From Azolla caroliniana (lineage: Eukaryota; Plantae; Polypodiophyta): a stretch of DNA of 64,000 bases. The translations under genes were made by a program, and so were the position numbers. Below are positions 27,262 through 40,400 of the stretch, one piece after another (positions within the stretch are counted from its first letter, which is position 1; every line of letters begins with the position of its first letter). Below the pieces are notes generated by a model, which searched no databases, was not told the DNA's origin, and saw only the letters and a program-made list of their open reading frames with translations. The DNA lies in assembly GCA_043228905.1 (NCBI GenBank), contig JBHGNT010000010.1:19034001-19098000 (forward strand). Reading direction: 5' to 3'.

Positions 27262-28236
27262 AACAGGCGTTTGCTCGACTGGCACTGCTTTCATACTGTC
27301 TTGCTCAACCAACCGCCAAGCAGCTTGTTCGAAAGCAAGCCCAGCCAAAGTTGGCGGCTTATTCAAAACCAAAGGGTACCCTCTATTCGTACTCCTTATA
27401 ACTTCGGCATCTTCAGGGATAACACCCAACAAAGGAAGACCCAACATCTCTTGAACATCTAACACTGACATCATATCCTCACCTTTGATCATATCGCTCC
27501 GGACTCGGTTCACAATCATTTTGATGTCTCTGATACCATCACATTCTAAGAGGCCAGTCACACGGTCAGCATCTCGTAAGCTCGTGATGTCGGGGGTGGT
27601 GACAACGACGGCCTCATTGGCCGGGGTGATGGCCGTGATAAACCCCGCATCGATTCCGGCCGGACAATCTATAAGTATGAAATCGGGACAACCCTCGGGC
27701 CTCTTCTTTAGAGCATCAACAAGCCAAACCAGTGCTTTCCCGCCAAACCCAAGCGGCATTTTATATCTCGGTTTGTTGATGCAGAGAAGCTCCAGGTCTG
27801 TCCATCTCTTATCTCTAACTAGGGCTTGGTCTAGCCTACAATCTCCATTAAAGACCTCCATGGCTGTGTAATTCACGCGATTCTCCAGGCCGAGGAGAAG
27901 ATCCAGGTTTCTTAATCCGACATCCGCATCGATGGCGACCACTTTGAATTGATGCCGAGCAAGACATAGTCCTATGTTTGCTGTTGTAGTTGTTTTTCCT
28001 ACCCCTCCTTTACCAGAGGTCACCACGACTACTCTTGGTGCTTTGCCTGCATACTGTGGCTTCCTATTCCATTGCAAAACAGAGTAAACCCTAGAAACAT
28101 CTCTTACCTTCTTTCCGCAAGGGCTAGGGAGCGTCCTCTGTTTCTTCTCTGCAACTCGTTCTGAGAAGAAAGAGCTCCTTTCTGAGGGAAGGAAAGATGA
28201 AGGGGAGCAGACATGGAGTCTCTGTGCTGACCACAT
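27232..28236 (-). CDS. MIND1: Plastid division site-determining ATPase MinD1, intronless CDS with a transit-peptide-like N-terminus
   Basis: Deviant Walker A SGKGGVGKTT, DADVGLRNLDLLLGLENR, IDCPAGID, DADRVTGLLE and a C-terminal amphipathic KKSFFPFLG. Ser/Arg-rich N-terminal ~55 aa. Confidence 0.96.
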   Translation of the reverse strand: MWSAQRLHVCSPSSFLPSERSSFFSERVAEKKQRTLPSPCGKKVRDVSRVYSVLQWNRKPQYAGKAPRVVVVTSGKGGVGKTTTTANIGLCLARHQFKVVAIDADVGLRNLDLLLGLENRVNYTAMEVFNGDCRLDQALVRDKRWTDLELLCINKPRYKMPLGFGGKALVWLVDALKKRPEGCPDFILIDCPAGIDAGFITAITPANEAVVVTTPDITSLRDADRVTGLLECDGIRDIKMIVNRVRSDMIKGEDMMSVLDVQEMLGLPLLGVIPEDAEVIRSTNRGYPLVLNKPPTLAGLAFEQAAWRLVEQDSMKAVPVEQTPVKKSFFPFLG

Positions 28237-28340
28237 GCTCGCATCTTCTTCTTCTTCTTCTTCTTCAGAACGTCATACCTGCACAGAAGTGACCTAATTC
28301 CATTACTTAGGATGGTGATAAAAATGTATTGAGATAAGTT

Positions 28341-28364
28341 TTAGGGTTTCTTTGGCTATGGGCC
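28341..28364. promoter_or_regulatory. Telo-box (AAACCCTAA on the minus strand) next to a site II motif (TGGGCC), 105-128 bp upstream of the MinD ATG
   Basis: ttagggttt at 28341-28349 and tgggcc at 28359-28364. This pairing is known from plant proliferation-linked promoters; function here is inferred only. Confidence 0.4.
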
Positions 28365-28592
28365 AAAAATCTCTCTATTCACTATAATTCTCAATGCCTA
28401 CAAAGGGTTTGCTTTTTTGCCAGTCTAACTTAATCCTCACTCTGGCTCTGAATCAGAGTTCGCTGGGAGCCTAGATCTCGCCGACCAAATCCTCTACTCC
28501 TTTGCTAGAGTTATCAATCCGTAGGACTATGAAGAAATCCTGGATCCGTAGAACATATATGGTGGCCTCCCCTCCTTGGAAGGGGATACCCA

Positions 28593-29400
28593 ATTCTCTG
28601 ACACCACTTGGGAACCAATCCTCGTATTGTCATGAATCGTGATCATTCATGTGGAACTTTTCGGCATTTCAGGTCTCTGAGTGTTTTGAGTGTTGTGTAA
28701 ACGTGCATGCTTTTGTGATACTTGAGCGCGACCATGGGGGTGTTGGACTAGGGAGGACAAACAGACTAGGAGAGCGTGGATGTTTGCAGACTCAAAGGAT
28801 CCCGAGAGTTGAAAGCGCCTAGGAGTCGAAAGGTCATTACAATCGAATGCTCCTCAAGCTCAAAAGCTCCTAGAGTCAAAAGGAGTGACTAGTCGAACAC
28901 TGATTAACATGCGAGGTTAGCATCCAAATACATGATTATCATAAGGAACACACAATTACGAAGGGATTGCACAATATTACGACTAAAAGGACCACTAGGC
29001 CAAAACACTAGATTACAAAAGAAATTCCCTTTATAAATTAGGCTTTACAAAATGTACATAGTGAATAGGTACAATGGTGCTAACGAGAAGTGGTACAATG
29101 AATGACTAAAAGATAACCAATAAGGTTAAATGGAAACAAAAATTGGAGGGTTGAAGCTTTTGTTGTAGGCGAGTTGAGTAGGTTGTGGAGACCACAAATA
29201 CCTCTTATGGCTATGATACCACAATTTGGAGTAGTGTTCTCGGGCCACTCTGTCCTCTCTTTGAACAACTGGTGTGCAAGCTTGCCGAATCCATTCTTTG
29301 AATCCACCAACATGTAATGGTGCTCACTAGAGAATTAGTCTCGATGTGCGATTTAGAATGAGAAGTAGAACAAGAACAAAGTACCCTAATATTCACAAAG
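28593..29400 (-). mobile_element. Possible decayed LTR-retrotransposon fragment
   Basis: PBS-like ttctctgacacca at 28593-28605 followed by short degenerate gagtcgaaag subrepeats. No coding domain recognised. Confidence 0.3.
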
Positions 29401-29608
29401 AAGAGGAAAATAAAACCCTAAGACCTCAAGTATGTTGACGAGAAGAAGAAATACCTCACAAAACCCTAATGGTGCACTCTTGAAACACAAAAGGAGCAAC
29501 CCCAAATAAGCCCTCAACCCGAAAAAGAGGCACCTTATTTCGGCATTTAATGCTTTTATTCCCTTTTTGCTTTGAAAATGAAAAGAGAATAAATAGTCAT
29601 TAATTTGC

Positions 29609-29679
29609 ACCACGTTGTAGAGATTCGAACTCTGCACCTACTGTAGTGGGTCAATGGCTCTAACCAAAAAACATGTGCC
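29609..29679 (-). other. tRNA-like / SINE-head remnant
   Basis: The minus strand reads TGGTTAGAGC (A-box-like)...GAGTTCGAATCTC (B-box/T-arm) at tRNA-like spacing, but no intact cloverleaf can be folded. Confidence 0.3.
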
Positions 29680-32600
29680 TCCTTTCTTTTCCTTTGGCCA
29701 CACAACATTAGACAACATGACAGTATTTAAAAAGGGCATGTGTCAACACATTCACAAATAGAACCTCAACCTCACAAGAGCACAACTACCCACCTTCCTT
29801 ACCTCGTGTCACATTACATAATGGGAAGATTCCTCCCATGAGACCATTGCTCCCTAACACCATACGCTTGCATCACACACCATCTTGGATTGTCAGTGTC
29901 GATAATGGGCATCCAACACCACATTACATTCAAGGAAACATTCTGCCATCAACCATTGTCCCTAATTTCAGAGGTTGTGTTGGGATTATAGCCAAAACCA
30001 CAACTACAACTAGTGTTCAATACTATCTAGGAGGACTATTGTTCTAGTTGAGAGTTAATGGTGACTGTGATGATAATTCTAGCGTCAAGGAAAGCTAGTC
30101 ACAAATAATCCAGGCTTATCCTTTGCAAACACACCATTTTGCATCTTCTTGGTCTCACACGATTTTGTTATACAAATGCTCATGAAAACAAAGACCAAAC
30201 ACTTTACATCCATCCACAACTTCTTGGGCACACACACTTATGTTATACAAACACTAACAAAAATAAGTAAATTAAAGTGAGAAGACCTAACACTTGGGTG
30301 CTTGGGCACCCATCTGTACCTACATTCTTAGTTGGGAATAGTTGAAAAGTTTTGGCACACCATACACACCATCTCGTATGGCCACTATGACAAACTTTAT
30401 ATTTATCATCGTCAACCCCATCTTCCTTGATCCATTACCCTGATGATCCCGCTCAACATGCACACACTTCCATGGCAACATAATCAACACCAACAAGTTA
30501 TTTTCAAGCTATTGTTAAATTGGGGTTCATTCAACTGTCATTGTCCAACATGTGTACATGTGTTGCTTGTCTCGCAAGTTATATTGTAATAAAGGTATTG
30601 TAAATTCATTTAAAAAGTAAGAGATAGAAAATTGGCTACTTTTGGAATAGTACGACTTAACTACCTTTTTAATCACCAATTAGTCATTGTTTAAGAAACC
30701 TAGATTTTAAGTAGGAAAAAAACACACACTTGATGGAGGTATGAACTCCTCTTCTTTATTATGAAAATAATGATGCAATGATCCTCAAAGGGAAAGAACT
30801 ATAATTATAATATAATTGAGCTTATCATTACTTTATTGTCTCTCTCCACTATAATTAATATTAATCATGCATTTCTCTCTACGTAATCAACTACGTAGTG
30901 TGTTGATCGACTATGATTTCATTGAGGCATACTACGAAGCTAGAAAACACCCAAATCTAATATCACTTCATATGAAAACTCATTTTGCATAAGAGGTGAA
31001 TATGGAAAGTATTATTGCTCTTTAGTAAAACAACGCACGTAAATCTCTTTATGATAGTTTTATGCACCTAATGGATTAAGAAGCTTTTGCGGAGCATCTA
31101 AGTGAGAGAATACTAAGAGGTGAATATGGACTATTGCTCTTTAGTTAAAAGAAGCATGTGAATCTCGTTATGATAGTTTTATGAACCTAGTGGCATATAA
31201 AAGATTAAAGAACTAGATAATGCTATCAACTTGTGCAACAACATACTTGGAGAGCAAAGTGAAGCTTTGGCTCTTTATTTGATTTCTTTCATTTTGGCTT
31301 GGTGTAGGAAACATCCTTCAACTTACATGAGAAGATATTGCATTGTGTTACAACTTCCAAACTGCTTTTATCCACTCGGTGTGCAACACATCCTTGAAAT
31401 TATATGACAAGGCCTAACAACTACAATTTCCCAAAATAGTGTATATTATGCTTGTCGATGCTTGACATGCTTAGAATAGGAATAAAAATATATTGTGAAA
31501 CTTGATTCTAGAGCTCATTGTCGTTACATTGTCCCTTTCACATTTACACACTCTTTAGATTTCCTCATGTGCCACAAGCTTGGAATATAAAATATCTTGT
31601 GAAACTCAATATTGTGTTGAAAACTAGTGACTCAAGATATTAAAGCATTCCTCCACATTTCTTTGTATGTCACTCATTGTTGAAGACCATTGCCTCAAAC
31701 TTATAATAGGAAATGGCAATGCAATTTTCAAACAACTTTTCCCCTTATCAAGGATTCCCACCTTGCATGCATGCATAGCCATAATATAAGTGATATTGTC
31801 AAAACACTTTCCCCATTCTTAATGCATGAACATTGCATGCCACTTGATTAACTTATTGCACTTTTCCCCTCGTGATGTCTTGCAACCTTGGTCATAATAT
31901 CTGTCCCTTGCCAAGGCATGATTCATAAGAAGCATGGCTTTGTCCCCTATCTATAGACTACGAGTGTCAGATTTATATAAGAAGACCTTGTGTTACAAAT
32001 TTCACAACCCACTTGTCCACTTCTCAATTCCTTACACCTCAAATATGTTTGGCTAGAGCCTAATGCTAAACCCTAGGCTATTGGGCATCCTTTTAACCCA
32101 TTTTCGCCTTTTGAATGTTTGCTATCATACATGTATGTATATCACTTGGGTAAGACAACATCCTTAAACCTTAATAATTTAATGTGAACCATTTTCGAAT
32201 TCTCATTCACCATGAAAATGTCATCCTACAAATGAAGATACGCCTCTACAAATTTCATTTTTCGAATTGAATAGGGTTTGCAAACCTTTTTGGAACTGGA
32301 ACAAATAGCTAGTGTGTAGTATTTACTTAAGATTAAGTCACGCTACCATAATGTAATGTATATTGGCCATCTAGTTTCATCAAGATGGTTTAGATGGATA
32401 CCAAATGAGTATAGAGGATCAATATGTTTCAAGTACAAAACATTGACAATGGTATCAAGACAATAAAATAGTGTTAGATATGACATAATCCATGCATATC
32501 ATACAAGGATTATTAATTATGCATTTTGAAATAGGGTATATCACTTGCATACCCTCATTTAATACTGTTTAAAAAGCTTTTTTTGTCTCGCTCAATTTGG

Positions 32601-33864
32601 ATTATTTTGAAAAGGAAAGCATATAACAATAACTACAAATATCCTTGATGTGAGAGCAAATCAAATATACCACATTATATAGGAATCTAAATAAGTCACG
32701 AGTATTTGAGGATGTACAAATCTCCCGCCATTTCTGAATGCTTGTCATCCATAGTTGGTTGCATCAAAATGAAGTCACCATTGCCAAACAAGAAGTAACA
32801 CATTAAATGTGAGTAACAACACCGCAATTGAGAACGCAAACAATGTTTTTGCAAAAGTACTAATGTTCAAACCCATGTGCAAGTAGTTCGATTTCATTGC
32901 AATCCACGTAGACCATTGGCCATAAGTAGAAGACATGATGGATTGTTTTGCATCAAAGAGCATCATCATAAAGCGACACGTACAATCTTCTTTGCACTTG
33001 GTTGGGATGAAAGAAAGCTAGAATGAAGGTTTATGATCTCAAAAGTTTCATTTTCCTCAATAGAGAGCTATTAAATGTTAGAAAATAAAATATAGATAAT
33101 ATGGAAACCAAGAACTTCTACTAGAGGGTCTTATGACATGTGAAAGGAATCCTAGATGCAAAGGCTTCAAGTGCGAAGCAAGTTTTGTTAGCATTTTCAT
33201 ATGAGCACTATGGAGAGGCAATGTTATGGCTTTCATAGTCTAGTTGTCAAAAAAAGTGATTAGAAAGCAATATTTTCTCACAAGTGACTCGGTAAGGCTA
33301 AAGAAGAAAGACCATACTAGTGATCTAGATTCTACTCCATTATGTCAAAATAAAAAATGTAAATAATCATTCATAACCAACATCCAAGAAAAGTTCACAA
33401 TGAAACTTGGACACTAACAATGTGGGCAATTTTCATTAGAAATTTGACAAGTATTTACAATTTAGAACTCCCAAACGTCTGAGCTCGCTACAATGAACCT
33501 ATAACTTACTAAGAATACGGAGTAACATTTGCAATGAGCTTAACATTGCGAATGGACACTATAACTAACGATATGGTGGACATTTGCAATGAAACCTAAC
33601 AGTAAAAACATGTTGCTTAAGAGACTACGAACTCATGACACTTATAGGAGGTTGCGAAGCACAGGTTTTACTTCGGCTCAAAGTGTCCGCAGGTTCTGTT
33701 CGTTATTTCGTGGGACAAATTTATAATGGTAGCAAGCAAGTTGAGTTTGAGACATGAGCTCCTTTCTTCGCATTCTAAGTAAGTTTGTGTTCCCATGGCG
33801 GCGCGAATCCGAGCAATGCACCTCCGCCACCACGGGGCGAGGGGAGACGGAGGCGGTGGCGGCA

Positions 33865-33913
33865 CTCTAAACCCTAAACCCTAAATCCTAAACCCTAAAC
33901 CTTAAACCCTAAA
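33865..33913. repeat. Interstitial Arabidopsis-type telomeric repeat (CCCTAAA)x7, four units perfect
   Basis: ctctaaa ccctaaa ccctaaa tcctaaa ccctaaa ccttaaa ccctaaa. Confidence 0.9.
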
Positions 33914-33928
33914 CAGGCGGAATTAGGG

Positions 33929-35018
33929 TTAGAGAAGGAGGGTGGGTCTCTTCGGCAGAGGAGAGATGGCGAGGGAGTGGCAGCGGAATTTGGCGCGTGC
34001 CGCCTCTGTAGGTGCCATGTACCTTGGAGGAGGAGGCGGAGGAGGCGGTGGAGGTCCGTATGAATGCCATGGATTAATCCCTTGAATTTTCTTCTTCTTC
34101 TTCTTCTTCTTCGTCTTCTTCGATCCTGCGATCTCCTCCACTTCGATTCGCCTACAGCTTCTTGGAGGATCCATGGCCATGATGTGCTGCTGCTCTGTGA
34201 TTTCCCCCATGGACCTGGATGCTGTAGAAGCCACTCTTCCCATGCTTCCTGCTATCCTCCTTATCGCTCGGATCAAGTCTCGCCTCACCAGATAGCCGCG
34301 GAAGGCCGCCTGGATCCGGATGGCTGCGCCTGTCATGGTTTGATATGGAAGAATCACAGAAGGCTGCCGGAACGCGGAGCTCAGATTTGATCGATATTTG
34401 AGGGTGGATGCCACATGCGCCGCCGCCTGAGCAGCTGCAACTGCTGCCTCCGCTGCAGCCACCGCAGCTACCATGGCTCGCCTGTTCTGCTTCGCGTTAT
34501 ACTCTTCGGAATTGAAGCTATAACACTTATACCTGTCATCATCATCATCCTCCTCATCAGTTACAATACGATGAGAAGATGCCAATCCATTGCCGCCATC
34601 AGAACAACGATCAATCGCCGAGTTTATGTCATAAGAGTTGGATGTGCTGCGGAAGCTCCATCGACGATGGCGGAAAGAGGAGGACAGCTGATCCTTCAAC
34701 GACACTTTCCTCTGCAGGATTTCAAAAAGGAATCAAATAGATTTAATGAAATGAAATGAATGAGAACAGGATTTGAAGCCGGCCATGTCATTCATTGAGC
34801 ACTTAAGATGATGATGGATAAGATACCTCCAGAGCTTGCAGTTTCGGATTTAAACTATGATTCACGAAACGGGTGGAATCAAGCTCCGGATTCCGATTCC
34901 GATTCCGATTCCGATTCTTCCGATCCAGATTCTGAAGATCCTCACCTTTTGAGGAGGAGGAGGAGGAGGAGGAGGAGGGATAGAAGACCTTCTTGACTGC
35001 ATTGAACCATCTTCCCAT
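33929..35018 (-). CDS. IQ67-domain (IQD)-like calmodulin-binding protein; exons 34827-35018 and 33929-34711
   Basis: N-terminal MGRWFNAVKKVF, the Ala-rich AVAAAEAAVAAAQAAAHV motif, IQ motif AAIRIQAAFRGYLVRR and C-terminal PRYMAPTEAARAKFR (DUF4005-like). Phase-0 GT-AG intron 34712-34826. Confidence 0.85.
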
Positions 35019-37494
35019 TATGACATGTGTGTGTGTGTGTCTGTGGTTCTTAATCAAGGTTGAGAGGGTGATGAATCATCGGGATTAGCAGGCCTTAATT
35101 AGAGATTAAGGACTAATGACAAGACCTTAATGAAGATTAAGGGGATTCCATTCATTCATGACTCCCATGTATCTGTGTGTGTGTATTTATGTGTGTAGAA
35201 AAATGTCTCTTTGCCTTTCCTCTTACTTTCTTCTTCTTCTTCCTCTTCTTCCTCTTCTTTCAAAATGTGACCCTTCACTTTCTCCCAAATTCCCTACTTG
35301 GTGTACTTAACAAGTCTTCTTCTTTCATGCCTCACCAATGTTCCTTTCCCGGCTCGTCCACACTGGCCATGAATTGAATCCTCCGCCCATTATTTCAAAA
35401 TGCTCGTGCTTGTCTTTTCAATGATGCGGGCGTGATGGGATCAAGTAAAATGTGTATGTCCATGTCACGTGTGCTTGCATGAGGATGTTCATCATTTGTC
35501 AAGCAAATAAAGTTAGGGTGGTGCCTCACAATAGAAGCTCATTACATCCTTAGCAAATTGTCGACGCAATGTGAGAGAGACAGTCGGATCTCATTGCTAG
35601 ACAGGGACAATGAGGAAAGGTCAACATTTGCTAAAAAGTACAATTATCACTTTGGATCTTGGGTCTTTTGTTAGCTAACAAACTCAAATTGGTATAAGGA
35701 GTACGTAGATCAGCACTATAGATTAACCTTCAAGCATAAGAATACATCTCATAGTTATTGAGAATTCTAAAGAGTTCAAAGGCATGAAAGGTCTGAATAT
35801 TGTCAACATATTATTGAAGCTCATTTCCCCAATTGGTTAATGAATATATGTAGATAACTACTTGGGAAGACAAAATCATACTTGGTTAAAGAAATCATGC
35901 ACTCGTTTTCGAGGGATGAGATTATTTCAGCAAAGGACGAATAACATAAGGACTAAAGAACTACCATGTACATCGATAAAACTCTAGAGATTTGCATAGT
36001 AATCCTCTCTTTTATTATAAGGCACTACCAATACTACCTATGTTAGGGGTTTTATTCTTCTGTAAAGTTAATGAAGCCCCTAGAAAGATTTGTAACAACA
36101 AGAATGAAAGCCTAGTAGGAATGCTCATTGACACAATTTCTCACATCCACATGAAGTGCATTCTAAATGATTGTACATTAGACAACACTTTTTGTTTACA
36201 TGCATCTCCAACTACATAACATGTAGACAAAAAGTCTCGAGCATTATATTCCTCAAAGACTGATAGACCCAAGAAAAGCCAATAATCAACTACACACCAA
36301 AAATCGGTGTCACCAATTGTTTTCAGGACTAATCAGTATCATAGCAACAGTGGGGAGAGGGGAAGTAGATGCTCAAATTTTACATGGGATCATGATGCAA
36401 TGCTCAAAAACGAATCAAAGCTTTTCAATATCTTTATGTCAAGTCATGAGTCAATTTTCTCACTGCAACCCCAAAACAAAATCACAATGGACATTTGTAT
36501 TTGGAGAATGAAGATATATTCAGATAACGGAAAAAATACAGATCAAAATTTCCAAGGCAAAAAGAATAGCGCATCACAAAGTATCTAGTGGGCTGCCTTA
36601 GTATTAGCATCATTTCAAATCAATAATAATATAAAACTGAACACCGATATCAATGTAAACATTTTTCGTTTGAAGCAGAGACATCCATGAATCATGTGTC
36701 AACGATTGCATTAGAGACTAAACATAATGATATCAGAACAGAGTTGGATGGCACAAGGGAATCGTTATTAAGCTCTGTGAATTGCTAGGCATCACTTGAC
36801 AGTTTCATTTGTTCACCACAAAGATACATATTAGCAATATAACATTTTTTACAACTAAAGCATGGCACTCATCGTTCCTCTCGTCCACATACGTGTTGTG
36901 CATGTATATTAAACAGAGTATACTTGCACTCCTCCAGTTTAGGTGAACAAACACCAAGTCTTTTTATGGTAGTTATCAATCATGACTTTTAACAGAATAA
37001 TGTGTACATGCTCTGGCTCTATCTTTTAACAGAATAATGTGTAATGGTACATCTTAAAGAGAGCAAAATGCTCAATGTCTGTTCAATCCATTAGGTACAA
37101 TGAGAAAGTAATATTGGTGTGGCTCTCTAGGTATGATCCAACAAGTTAATATTGAGTTGGAACAATATTTCCTGTCAATAACACTAACGCATCAAATCAG
37201 AGTTTATGAAGTTAACATCATCGAAAGATGAAATGTAATTTCATTTGAATACCCAAAAACAATATAAGAACCTCAGGCAACTCAATGATGTTAATAAGCA
37301 GAACTTTATTGATCCTCCAAGGTAAAATGATATCACTAACCTTTTTGTATAGTGTTCAACATGAAGTAAGTTCCAATATACAGCAAGAGAGAGATTTCCA
37401 TGATACGACAGTTGAAGGCTCCAAATATCCCCAAATATAGTAGAATAATGCATACACTAGGGAAAATGAGTGCCTTCCAATGGAAACAATTGAT

Positions 37495-40400
37495 CTAGAA
37501 AGGTGCTTCAAGGGGTTCATCCCACACTTCTCCACTGCCATGAGAAACGTCCTCACCATTCTCCTCCATCGATAGGCGTATGTACTCATGATGAGCAAAC
37601 CTATCCCACTCAGTAAGCGTCGGTTGCTCTCGCTCCTGAAGGTTTATATCTACTCCATCACTAACATCCTTAAATTAAACATGTAGGTAACAAATAGGGT
37701 GGGTATTACCTGACGGATGAGATTGGGATCCCTCATCTCAAAAGCCACAAACTTGTTCATATTGAAGAGAACATTGAAGAAATTCCCTGACAACTTGCAT
37801 CTCTTTAGATCTCGCAATGTCAATATTCCTTCCTTCTGCAAAACATTTGATACCTTTTATTACTAGTGGAAAACCTCACTACATATTGAGATGCAGGTAT
37901 GAAATTCATGGTGGCAATCTAGTCTTTAAAAATCACTCAAAAGTAAAACTGCAAATTTGTCTTTTCTATTGAGGTAATGCCCATTACATAGATTGTCTAA
38001 GTAAATACTGAACGAACATGAAGTCATTAAGACAATGACCGAATACAATTACCAGAGCTCCAGCAGAACATATAAAACAAAATTGACCCATTGGTCAAGA
38101 TTGTAGACTCTAATTACAATAAATACTAATTACCAATATGAGTTCATGGGGGTTGAAGATATACCTCTGGGCCAATCATATCTATCATCTGACATAAGAT
38201 ATCCTCAAACAAGACTAGTTCATGTGTCATACATTCCATCCGATGGAGCTGCTCTTCGTAAAAATAAAGCATCTCCTTTCGTGTGATGGTGCCATCACAA
38301 TCCAAATCAATACAGTTAAACCTGATGCACATACAATTTTCATTGCTCATGTATACAATTAGAGATATCTCTCAGTACTTATTACCAATTAGCCAGCTAG
38401 CATTAACTGTTATCATGTGAACTATCAAAAAACTCACCACCATTTTAACTTTCGCATTTTGTAAATAAGACTTCATTAAACTTTAATATTAAGAGTGAAA
38501 GAGAAAAACAGAAAAAGTGGTGGTACCAATACTCGAGACTTGGTTCTGATGTCTTGTCTTCTTCAGATAATATAAACCACACAAAGTCTTCATATCCCAT
38601 CTTTCCTGGTACCTTGCTTGTGAATTTTCTGGGAGCCTGAAGCAAAACGCACATGCACAATCTATGACATATTCTAATCATATATTTTACTTGTGAACTT
38701 TCTACAAACACGTATGGCTAGGTTAACCCCCACAAATACCTGAGAAAACATTCTATCCACAATTCTCCATGTTAGTGAATGATTTCCATACCGTAAAAGG
38801 TCATCCTTATCAATAAGGAAATCATGATCAGTATCAAGTTCCCAAAATTTGCAGTATATCACATAGAAATGCTCATAGGAAAAGTATCTGTCAAAATACA
38901 CGAAATCTGAATCAGCATTCAAATAGTTCATTTTAAGCATAGTTTCTTTGATTTCATTGTATATTTATACACACATTTGTGGGTGTAAGATCTCATTGAT
39001 GTTCCTACCAGTAATATAATATATATCACAAACAAAAATGTGTGTGTTCTCAGAGACATAAAAACCTGATAAAGAATAGTGGCTTACTTCAGTACTCTGT
39101 TGATATCATCTTCAACATCAACTTGTTGAAAAGCACTGATTAGGTTGCTACGCTTTAATTCCCTCAGTTGCATATAACCATTTCCTGACCTATTTACATG
39201 ATAGAAAATTCTGTAGATGACGGTTTCAGCTGCTCAATCACAAATAAAAGGAGATCAGATTTAATCGATTTAAAGTTTGAAAGCATAGACAGATTGCAAT
39301 GTAATTTGGATAAGCCTTAGTATGTAATGCATGATGTATCTATACAAAAAAGATAACACATCACAAAATATGTCATTGATGAATAAAAGGAGATTGACAA
39401 ATTCCAATAAAACAAAGAAATATACCAAAAAATGACCTATCACCAAACATGTCATGAATCATAGAATAGCACGAGTGAAAGATGACTGGCACCATGTACA
39501 GACAGACAACGGCAAGATAGAAGCTTTGAGCTTTGGGAGTTCTCATTTACACAATGAATTAAAGCATAAGAGTTGAAATAGTTGGTATTCAACATCTCTC
39601 AGGATGTGCAATAGAGAAGGCAAAACCAAAAAAAAACAACTTTTGACATTGCTGATTCAATGTTTGAAATAGGCCTGCTGTTCCCTATACATCCCAGGAA
39701 GGAGTCCGTTGTAATAAATGTTCAAGGGATGTCCTCTTCATGTCCCGCTATGCTGAACTATGTGGTCTGACCTACCATATTCAGTCTCCACTACTGAATA
39801 TACATGACTGTGCTAGTAAATAAATCAACATAAAAGAAGACCTAGTGGTAAATTTGGTGGTAAAAACAGTTCTAGGATTGAATGATGTACTATTTCCAGT
39901 TGAAGAATCACCACAGCAGATATTCCTTGATGAGTCAAATAGCCAAGTTTCAGAAGGTGCAAATTACCATATCTTTCTTGGAATTCTGGAGTATCATGAA
40001 GAAATTCCAAGCCTCGGTGTGTTGCCAGCAGCTCCTTTAAAACTGGTTGAAAATCACGCTAGAATACCATGTAAATGTTATCCATATGAAAAAACTAGGA
40101 AAATTATTTCTTTGCAGAACATGGAAAAATGCACTAAATAATCGATGAATAAAATCAATGCACGTCTAGATTCACTTAATCAAACTGCACAAAAACTTAC
40201 ACCATAAAGGCAACCATAACCATAGCAGTGGGAAAATGTATTGCCATGCACATTTATGAATGCGCTTTATCATCATATTCCCAGAAAGAAAACAGCATAC
40301 TCACATATGTCAGGTATGAGTTTTCCGGTTGTTTCAGGATAGAGAATATTCGTGTTGGCAAATCTGCAGATATCAAATTGTTTCCCATCCAATAATCAAC

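Noticed and set aside
27232-28236. Intronless, bacterial-like MinD as possible horizontal transfer or contamination
   Set aside because: Nuclear MinD1 of endosymbiotic origin is standard in land plants and its CDS is intronless in Arabidopsis. It has a transit-peptide-like N-terminus and plant flanks.
29700-33600. Possible LINE or other retroelement debris
   Set aside because: Only weak, fragmentary hints, so no boundaries or family can be supported without a homology search.
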